A program made the position numbers and the translations under genes. A stretch of 44,310 nt of DNA from an uncultured Bacilli bacterium. Its GTDB lineage: Bacteria; Bacillota_I; Bacilli_A; RF39; UBA660. Below are positions 35,377 to 42,168 of this stretch, one piece after another. The DNA is taken from NCBI GenBank assembly GCA_944371685.1, contig CALVXV010000001.1, positions 1-44,310 on the forward strand, read 5' to 3'. Position 1 is the stretch's first letter. Every line of letters begins with the position of its first letter. The notes beneath the pieces were generated by a model that saw only the letters and a program-made list of their open reading frames with translations, did not search any database and was not told the DNA's origin.

Positions 35377-36085
35377 ATGTAATAGAAATTGCAGATATTG
35401 TTTTAGATTTAATAGACAAGATTTATCTTTAAAAGAAAATGAAAAAGTTTTAGACAGTTTATTCAAAATGGGGGTAAAGAAAATTTCATGGACTGGTGGT
35501 GAACCATTTTTATACGATGATTTGCCAATTTTACTAAAAAAAAGTAAAGAATATGGAATTATTAATTCTGTGAATACTAATTTAACGACAGTTGATTTAG
35601 ATAATTTAAAAGATAAAATTAAAAATGTTGATAGATTAATTATATCTTTAGATTTTATCTCAGATGCTTTGAATGAAAAATATGGAATAGGAAAAGATTA
35701 TTATAAACATGTTTCTAAGATATTAAAACGAGTGAAACAAATCAAACCTGATATAATTTTGCAATTAAATACAGTTTTATTTAGTGGGAATATTAATTAT
35801 ATGGATGGCTTATATAAGGAAATTTGTAAATATGATATAGATTATTGGAAAATAATTCGTTTTTTACCGATTAGAGGTAAAGCTTATGAAGAAAAAAATA
35901 ATTTATCAATTGAGGATGATCAATTTGAAAAAATTTTGACAAGGTTTAAACAAAAAAAACAACATTTTAAAATTATTATTCACGGATTAAAAGAAATGGA
36001 AAAAAAACATATTATAGTTTTAAGCTCTGGGAAACTAATTTATAGTGAAAATGGGAAGGATAAAGAGATTAAATCTTTAATTTAA
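35348..36085 (+). CDS. Radical SAM enzyme, viperin (RSAD2)-like, short form
   Basis: 245 aa from ATG 35348 (RBS GGGAG; the track TTG is at 35333). CNRNCRYC lies at 35378-35401. It aligns with viperin blocks by eye: KISWTGGEPFLYDD, DRLIISLDF....N...G.GK...KHV, LQLNTVL, DYWKIIRFLPIRGKA, IEDDQFEKILTRFK. No extra Cys cluster is present. Confidence 0.6.
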   Translation: MKVCWSITSKCNRNCRYCFRFNRQDLSLKENEKVLDSLFKMGVKKISWTGGEPFLYDDLPILLKKSKEYGIINSVNTNLTTVDLDNLKDKIKNVDRLIISLDFISDALNEKYGIGKDYYKHVSKILKRVKQIKPDIILQLNTVLFSGNINYMDGLYKEICKYDIDYWKIIRFLPIRGKAYEEKNNLSIEDDQFEKILTRFKQKKQHFKIIIHGLKEMEKKHIIVLSSGKLIYSENGKDKEIKSLI

Positions 36086-36101
36086 GGAAGGAAATTTTAT
36101 A

Positions 36102-36995
36102 ATGGATAAAAATATCAATTTGAATTTGTACCGAATTTTTTATGAAACAGCTCAATATCATAGTATTTCTGATGCGGCCAAAAGTATGTATTTATCACAG
36201 CCCGCTATCAGTAAAGCAATTAAAAATTTAGAAAATGAACTGAATGTTATGCTGTTTTATAGAACACTTAATGGAATTATTTTAACTGATAAAGGTAAAG
36301 AATTATATGAGTTAGTGGAAGATGCTTTAGGTAATTTTAGACAAGCAGAAAAACGGATGCTTGAAAATAAAAATTTAGAGAAGGGTTCTTTGTCAATTGG
36401 TGTAAGATCAAATGTGGCATCATTTTATTTATTGGATAAGATTGCGTCTTTTCATAAAAAATATAACAAAATTGATATAGTGATTATTGATAGACCAAGT
36501 AGTGAGCTATTAAGAATGCTTTCAAATAATGAAATTGATTTTGTATTAGATTCTGTATCAGTAAAAGATGAATTAGATGGATTTGACGTTAAACCATTAG
36601 ATACTTTTACGCATACATTTATAGTTCTTCCTGAGTTAAACGTTTTACCTTATAAAGAAAAATATCATTTAAAAGAATTAGAAAATCTTCCACTTATATT
36701 ACCGGTTTCACATAGTTCACATAGACAGTATTTAAATAATTTAGCACAAGACAATAATACTAGTTTTAACAATGTCCTTTCTATAGAAACAAGTGAACTG
36801 ATTTATAGTATGGTAAAAAAAGGTTTGGGTATAGGCTATATTTTAAGAGATATGGTAAAAAGTGATATTGAAAGTGGCAAATTAAGAGAGATAAAAATAT
36901 ATGAAGAATTACCAGATATATCTTTAAATTTAATATGTAAACAGAGAAATTTAACTGAAGCCCCTAGACGTTTTATAGATGAATATTTAAAATAA
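36102..36995 (+). CDS. LysR-family transcriptional regulator
   Basis: 297 aa with N-terminal HTH (F.ETAQYHSISDAAKSMYLSQPAISKAIKNLENEL....F.R) and a C-terminal substrate-binding-like domain. It starts 16 nt after the rSAM stop, with RBS AGGAAGGA. Confidence 0.85.
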   Translation: MDKNINLNLYRIFYETAQYHSISDAAKSMYLSQPAISKAIKNLENELNVMLFYRTLNGIILTDKGKELYELVEDALGNFRQAEKRMLENKNLEKGSLSIGVRSNVASFYLLDKIASFHKKYNKIDIVIIDRPSSELLRMLSNNEIDFVLDSVSVKDELDGFDVKPLDTFTHTFIVLPELNVLPYKEKYHLKELENLPLILPVSHSSHRQYLNNLAQDNNTSFNNVLSIETSELIYSMVKKGLGIGYILRDMVKSDIESGKLREIKIYEELPDISLNLICKQRNLTEAPRRFIDEYLK

Positions 36996-37158
36996 CATGA
37001 AAAAATGTTATTTTTTTATTATTTTTTTGAATAGTAATTACCGAAAAATATATTGATAAAAAAATTTTTTATACGAATAATTAAAGGTTATAATTTTATA
37101 AATTATTGGTATTTTTAAACTATTTTATTTTATGATACATTTAAGTTGAGGAGGAAAT

Positions 37159-38637
37159 ATGTATAAGGTAATTGCGATTAGTGGAAGTTCAGGTAGTGGA
37201 AAAACTACAGTTAGTGAAGAAATTTTAAAAAGGGCGAAAAAGTTAGTTTATTTTGATTTTGGTTTTCTATTTAGACCAATTACATATTATTTAGTGAATG
37301 AATTAAATATGGATGAGGATAGTATTAAAAATATGGTTTTAAGTGGGCAACTGCAAAGATTTATTAAGGTTACATATAAAGTTATTAATAATAAAGTGGA
37401 AGTTGGTGTTAATGGTAAATTTTATAGTTTTGATGTTTTAAATACACCAAAGATGAATATGGATACAATTACAGTTGGAACAATTATTGGTGATACACTC
37501 AATGACGCTTTAAGAAGTATAGTGGATGATTTAAAAAAGGAAAATAATGTATTACTTAATGCGAGAAGGCCGATAGTTGCTTATCCTAAAGCAGATTGTC
37601 ATATTTTTTTAGAAGCTAGTTTTGACGAGAGAATTAAAAGAAAAATGCTTATGAATAATGAAGATTATGAAACTACTTTAAAAAAGTTAAAAAAACGTGA
37701 TGAAAAAGAAGAAACTAGTGGTTTTTGGGAAAAATATGATTTTACAAAAATTATTGATACAACAAATTTAACTAAGGAGGAAGCGGTAGATAAGGTATTA
37801 CAGGTAATAAAAAATGAATTTGTCAGTTTTAATAATTTAACATTAATTTTAGGATCATATAAATGTAATAAGAATTGTCCATATTGTATAGCTAAAAATA
37901 ATAAAAAGTTTTCTGCAGACGATAATTTAGATTACTTAGATGAAGTTTTCAATGAATTATTAAAATATAAAATTAAATTTAAGAGATTTGTTGTTAGTGG
38001 TAATGGTGAACCGTCATTTTATTCTTTAGAAAATTTAAAAATTATAAGAGATTTACTGATAAAATATCAAGAATTGTTTGAAATAGTTAGGGTTCATTCT
38101 TCTGGGAATATTTTTAGTGAGGAAAAGAAGTTTAAACTTTTTAATTTATCAAATTTACCACTGGAATTTGAGGTTCTAAGAGTTGCTTTAAATCCATATA
38201 TAGATATGAATATTTTAGGATATGATGAAGATTATTTAAAAACAAATTCGTTTCATGAGGGAAATATAAAATGTGATATTGCTTTAACTGATTATTTAGA
38301 AGCTGATGAATTAAAGTTTAAACTTTATAATTTTTTGGAAGATAATCCGTCTATAAAAAAAGTTAGGTTAAAAAGTTTATTAGCGGGTGATAGCACTAAT
38401 ACTAAGCAGGCACAATGGGTAAGAAAACATTCTCTTAGTGCGGATAAAATTCAAATGATTATAGAAGAACTTGGTTTAAATTTAAATGATGGGATTTATA
38501 GTTCTGATGATGGTAAAATTATTTATAAAACAAATGGTGATTATACTTTTGATTATGTAATTAATGACGGAATATTTCAAAATTATAATAATGAAAAATG
38601 TAGTATGAAAGTGTTAAGAAGAAAGTTAGGTGGCTAA
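37159..38637 (+). CDS. Fusion protein: cytidylate (CMP) kinase-like P-loop domain + radical SAM domain
   Basis: 492 aa. The N-terminal half has IAISGSSGSGKTT (37183-37209), FDFGFLFR, ...KADCHIFLEASFDERIKRK, KKRDEKEE and IIDTTNLTKEE, matching Cmk landmarks. The C-terminal half has CNKNCPYC (37864-37887), VVSGNGEPS and VRLKSLLAGDS, which is radical SAM, possibly also viperin-related. Confidence 0.65.
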   Translation: MYKVIAISGSSGSGKTTVSEEILKRAKKLVYFDFGFLFRPITYYLVNELNMDEDSIKNMVLSGQLQRFIKVTYKVINNKVEVGVNGKFYSFDVLNTPKMNMDTITVGTIIGDTLNDALRSIVDDLKKENNVLLNARRPIVAYPKADCHIFLEASFDERIKRKMLMNNEDYETTLKKLKKRDEKEETSGFWEKYDFTKIIDTTNLTKEEAVDKVLQVIKNEFVSFNNLTLILGSYKCNKNCPYCIAKNNKKFSADDNLDYLDEVFNELLKYKIKFKRFVVSGNGEPSFYSLENLKIIRDLLIKYQELFEIVRVHSSGNIFSEEKKFKLFNLSNLPLEFEVLRVALNPYIDMNILGYDEDYLKTNSFHEGNIKCDIALTDYLEADELKFKLYNFLEDNPSIKKVRLKSLLAGDSTNTKQAQWVRKHSLSADKIQMIIEELGLNLNDGIYSSDDGKIIYKTNGDYTFDYVINDGIFQNYNNEKCSMKVLRRKLGG

Positions 38638-38638
38638 A

Positions 38639-39349
38639 GTGCGAAAGATATTAAATTTTGTTGGTACTGGTGGTGCTTTTTCGACAAAGTATATAAATAA
38701 TTGTGCATATTATTATTTAAAAGATGATACGATTTTATTGTTTGATGCGGGTGAAACGGTTTTTCACGAGATTTTGAAAAGAAATATTATAAATGAAAAT
38801 ATTAAAAGAGTTGATATTGTAATTACACATTTTCATAGTGATCATGTAGGCAGTTTAGGAAGCTTAGTTTTTTATTTAAGATATAAGAAAATAAGTGAAG
38901 TAAATATTATATTTCCCATTAAAGTTATACCATATATGCTTTTAAATATTTATGGTATTGATGAAAGGTTATTTAATGTAAAAAAACCATGTGAAATACA
39001 TGATTATTATATTAAGGAATATGAACAATTGCATGGTGATTTAGATAAAGATGGAAATATTATTTCAATGCCTAGTTATGGATATCATGTGATTAATAAT
39101 AATGATAATTTCTTTTATAGTGGTGATACATGTATTATTAGTGATATAATATTAAAAAAGTTTAAAAATAAGGAAATTAAAATAATGTATCACGAAGTAA
39201 CTACTGATGGGTATAAAACACATATGCAATTAGATGATTTAACTAGATTGATTGATGTTAAAGATAGGAATAGAGTGATATGCATGCATATGGGAGATAA
39301 TGTAGATGTGTCAAAGATTAAAAGTTTAGGATTTGGGAGTGTGAGGTAA
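38639..39349 (+). CDS. Metallo-beta-lactamase-fold hydrolase (RNase Z/PhnP-like subgroup suspected)
   Basis: The start is GTG 38639 (AGGTGG RBS at 38628-33) or GTG 38630; it overlaps or abuts the fusion-gene stop. Motifs are FVGTGGAF, LLFDAGE and ITHFHSDH (38828-38845), with later SGDT and H residues. Confidence 0.75.
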   Translation: MRKILNFVGTGGAFSTKYINNCAYYYLKDDTILLFDAGETVFHEILKRNIINENIKRVDIVITHFHSDHVGSLGSLVFYLRYKKISEVNIIFPIKVIPYMLLNIYGIDERLFNVKKPCEIHDYYIKEYEQLHGDLDKDGNIISMPSYGYHVINNNDNFFYSGDTCIISDIILKKFKNKEIKIMYHEVTTDGYKTHMQLDDLTRLIDVKDRNRVICMHMGDNVDVSKIKSLGFGSVR

Positions 39350-39351
39350 AT

Positions 39352-39933
39352 ATGAAAGAGGAATTAGAAATTTGTGTTAGGTCTTTAGTGCCATTTAAAC
39401 AACTTTATGACGATATGATTAATAAAGGGTTTCATGTTCAAGAGGATTTTATTTTAAATGATATTTATATGGTTCATAATGACATAGAAGTATCTTTGGA
39501 AAATGAAGATGTGATTTTTTCTAATTATGTTTTGATTAGAGAGACTGTAGGTAAAAAGAAAATGCTTGTTTTAAAACATAAAGAAATGAATAAAAAAGGT
39601 GAGATAATAAAACAAGAGTCAGTTAAATGTCCAATTGATGATTGCACAAAAGCTTATGAATTTATGAAAGCTATTGGTTATAAAAAAATTTTTGATATTA
39701 GTGATCATAATATTTTGATGAGTAATGGGAAAAATGAAATTTATCTTCAAGATGTAAAAGGGATTGGAACTTATGTTGAGATGGAGCAAAAAAATTTACT
39801 TTTGAAGAATAATAATGGTGATACAATAGATAAAATGAAAAATAATTTACAAGGATATGCATTACAAATTGATACCAAAGATTATTTTGCAAGAAAAGCA
39901 TATGATGCGTTTAAAAAGATATTTAATGAGTAA
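39352..39933 (+). CDS. Second CYTH-like domain protein
   Basis: 193 aa, starting 2 nt after the MBL gene. Landmarks by eye: N-terminal ELEIC (ExExK position), VLIRET, LVLKHKE, QESVKCPIDD, MKAIGYKKIFDISDHN, EIYLQDVKGIGTYVEMEQ. Confidence 0.5.
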   Translation: MKEELEICVRSLVPFKQLYDDMINKGFHVQEDFILNDIYMVHNDIEVSLENEDVIFSNYVLIRETVGKKKMLVLKHKEMNKKGEIIKQESVKCPIDDCTKAYEFMKAIGYKKIFDISDHNILMSNGKNEIYLQDVKGIGTYVEMEQKNLLLKNNNGDTIDKMKNNLQGYALQIDTKDYFARKAYDAFKKIFNE

Positions 39934-39934
39934 A

Positions 39935-39968
39935 AAAAGACTGTTACATTTTACAATGACAGTCTTTT
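39935..39968. terminator. Bidirectional rho-independent terminator
   Basis: AAAAGACTGT (39935-39944) pairs with ACAGTCTTTT (39959-39968). The A-run and T-run make it usable from both strands. It lies between convergent genes. Confidence 0.8.
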
Positions 39969-39973
39969 TACAT

Positions 39974-40126
39974 TTAGTGATTACCACAAGCTCTAGCTCC
40001 GATAATTATTACAAGTAAAATAAATAGCACTAAAATGATTGCTGCGCCATAGCCTGTTCCGTATCCGCCACCATAGCCACCGTATGAAGGGCAGCCATAG
40101 CCTTGATACCCACCATAGTAATACAT
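39974..40126 (-). CDS. YjcZ-family small Gly/Tyr-rich sporulation protein (not in ORF track)
   Basis: 50 aa: MYYYGGYQGYGCPSYGGYGGGYGTGYGAAIILVLFILLVIIIGARACGNH*. GGAGG RBS lies 7 nt upstream. A Gly/Tyr-rich head plus the hydrophobic tail (A)IILVLFILLVII(IG) is the YjcZ/tiny-TM signature. Confidence 0.7.
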   Translation of the reverse strand: MYYYGGYQGYGCPSYGGYGGGYGTGYGAAIILVLFILLVIIIGARACGNH

Positions 40127-40270
40127 ATAATACCTCCTATCTATTCTAATATAGTTTATGATAAAGTAAAAAACCGTATATTAGAAATACCTAATTTTAT
40201 ATTTTAAAACTCACCATCTAGTCAAAAATACAAGAATATGCTATGATTATATAAGAATAGGAGGCGGGTT

Positions 40271-41443
40271 ATGAAAGAAAAGTCATTATTTAAACTTTTA
40301 AAAGATTTAGATAAACCATTGTTAATTGCGTCCGCAGCTTTATTTATTTTTGGACTTTTAAATATCGTTACAGCCTCCTCAAGAGCAGCAGTTGTCAATT
40401 ATGATGTGTCTATATATTATTATTTTTATCGCCAGCTGGCGTTTATTATAATTGGTTTAATTGCTGGGGCTATTATTATTAAAACTGATACCAAATATTA
40501 TAAAGTAATAGTTCCTGTTTTATTTGTGGCAGCTATCGCCTTAAATCTTTGGGCTTTAACTTTTGAGGAATTATCAGGCTCTAAAAACTGGATTGATTTA
40601 AAGGTAATTAAATTGCAACCGAGTGAATTTTCCAAGCCGATTATTATTTGTTTACTAGCAATTTTATTTGAAAAAAATTATCGCAAATTAAGAACCGTCA
40701 ACATTAAACATTATGATACTATTGCGACGATGCTTTTGATAGCGATGATTATTCCAGCTATTATTGTTTTACAAAAGGATTTCGGAACTTTATTGATAAC
40801 TTTATTTATAATCGGTATGATGTTTCTGGCTAGTCCAATTTTAAAGATAGATAAAATTAAAACTTTTTTATTTATGTTAGTTTTAGGTAGCCTAGCTTTA
40901 CTTGTTATTTATAATGTTCAAGGATATATATTAAATGATGCTAGAATTAGTAGATTTACTTCATTTTTAGATCCTTGTGGTAATTATGAAAAAGGTGGTT
41001 ATCAGGTTTGTAACAGTTATATTGCTATAAATGATGGAGGATTATGGGGATTAGGTATTGGCAAGAGTAAACAAAAATATTCATATATACCAGAGCCTCA
41101 TACTGATTCAGCTTTTGCAATTATTGCTGAAGAATATGGTGTTTACCGTAGCGTGTTTATTTTTATTTTATATGCTATTGTTTTATATCGTATTGCTGTG
41201 ATTGGATCTAAAGCAGCAAGCTTAAGAGGCCGGTATATCTGTGTTGGTATCATTAGTTATATATTTGTACATATTTTTATTAATTTAGGTGGTATGTTTG
41301 GTCTTATTCCATTAACTGGAGTTCCACTTCCATTTTTAAGTTATGGTGGTAGCTTTGTCTTATCATTATTAGCTTCACTAGCTATTGTTCAAAGAATTTG
41401 TATTGAATCGAAAAATAAGAAGATAAAAATTCCTAAGAAATAA
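40271..41443 (+). CDS. SEDS-family protein (FtsW/RodA/SpoVE)
   Basis: 390 aa, about 10 TM helices. It has conserved blocks ...LQPSEFSKP, PEPHTDSAFAII.EE.G and GLIPLTGVPLPFLSYGGS. Confidence 0.9.
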   Translation: MKEKSLFKLLKDLDKPLLIASAALFIFGLLNIVTASSRAAVVNYDVSIYYYFYRQLAFIIIGLIAGAIIIKTDTKYYKVIVPVLFVAAIALNLWALTFEELSGSKNWIDLKVIKLQPSEFSKPIIICLLAILFEKNYRKLRTVNIKHYDTIATMLLIAMIIPAIIVLQKDFGTLLITLFIIGMMFLASPILKIDKIKTFLFMLVLGSLALLVIYNVQGYILNDARISRFTSFLDPCGNYEKGGYQVCNSYIAINDGGLWGLGIGKSKQKYSYIPEPHTDSAFAIIAEEYGVYRSVFIFILYAIVLYRIAVIGSKAASLRGRYICVGIISYIFVHIFINLGGMFGLIPLTGVPLPFLSYGGSFVLSLLASLAIVQRICIESKNKKIKIPKK

Positions 41444-41493
41444 AAGGAATTTTTATTTTTTTGTCGTATGTTTATATATAGAGGTGATTTAAA

Positions 41494-42168
41494 ATGAAAT
41501 TTATAAAAAAACATAAAGGAAAACTTTTTATTTTACTTTTTATTTTATTTACGGTTTTTACTATTTATGATACTTATAGCATGGAAAGTGAAAGTGAAAC
41601 AGAGATTAAAACAGAACCAGAGGTAAGTGAAAAAGAAGAAAAGAAAGAAAAAGAAATTAAAGTGTTAGTGGATGTTAAAGGTGAAGTAAATACTCCTGGA
41701 GTTTATGATTTGACAGATAATAATACGGTTATGGATGCTATTAACAAAGCGGGAGGTTTGACTAAAAATAGTGATACAAGCAATCTTAATTTAAGTAAAA
41801 AATTAGAAGATGAGATGGTTATTATTGTTTATTCTAAAAGCGAAATTAAAAAAATGGAGGAGCCTAAGGTGCAATGTCCACCATGTAATGATGCTTGCAT
41901 TAAAGAAGAAGATGAGAAGGCCAAACTAGATACATCTAAAGAAACAGAATCTAAAGAAGAAAGTAAAACAGTTACTGGCAAGGTTAATATTAATAGTGCT
42001 ACAGCTTCTGAACTGCAAAGTTTAAATGGAATAGGAGAGGCTAAAGCCAAGGCTATTATTGAATATCGTGAGAAAAATGGCAATTTTGAAAAGATAGAAG
42101 ATATTAAAAATGTCTCAGGTATTGGTGATAGTGTTTATGAAAAAATTAAAGATAATATTACCGTTTAG
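41494..42168 (+). CDS. comEA: Competence protein ComEA (DNA receptor)
   Basis: 224 aa with an N-terminal TM helix and an SLBB-like segment (VDVKGEVNTPGVY). The C-terminal tandem helix-hairpin-helix is INSATASELQSLNGIGEAKAKAIIEYREKNG.F..IEDIKNVSGIG. Confidence 0.9.
   Translation: MKFIKKHKGKLFILLFILFTVFTIYDTYSMESESETEIKTEPEVSEKEEKKEKEIKVLVDVKGEVNTPGVYDLTDNNTVMDAINKAGGLTKNSDTSNLNLSKKLEDEMVIIVYSKSEIKKMEEPKVQCPPCNDACIKEEDEKAKLDTSKETESKEESKTVTGKVNINSATASELQSLNGIGEAKAKAIIEYREKNGNFEKIEDIKNVSGIGDSVYEKIKDNITV

Noticed and set aside
37159-37830. Reading the P-loop domain as the housekeeping cytidylate kinase gene (cmk).
   Set aside because: It is fused in frame to a radical SAM domain. It lacks the canonical GRD(I/M)GT motif. 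It is not in the usual cmk-rpsA context. It sits in a cluster flanked by a pseudogene. A dedicated accessory kinase is more likely.
850-42083. Fifteen short ORFs in the supplied track. They are 850-1065(-), 1614-1853(-), 1699-1893(-), 4848-5096(-), 7111-7524(-), 12549-12809(-), 18530-18742(+), 22519-22716(-), 24112-24300(+), 24739-24990(+), 25327-25539(+), 33303-33509(+), 33861-34082(-), 39698-39901(-) and 41829-42083(-).
   Set aside because: Each is nested antisense or out of frame inside a longer ORF that has clear family motifs. Their translations are Phe/Leu/Ser/Ile-rich, as expected for the complement of AT-rich coding sequence. They have no RBS and no recognisable motif.
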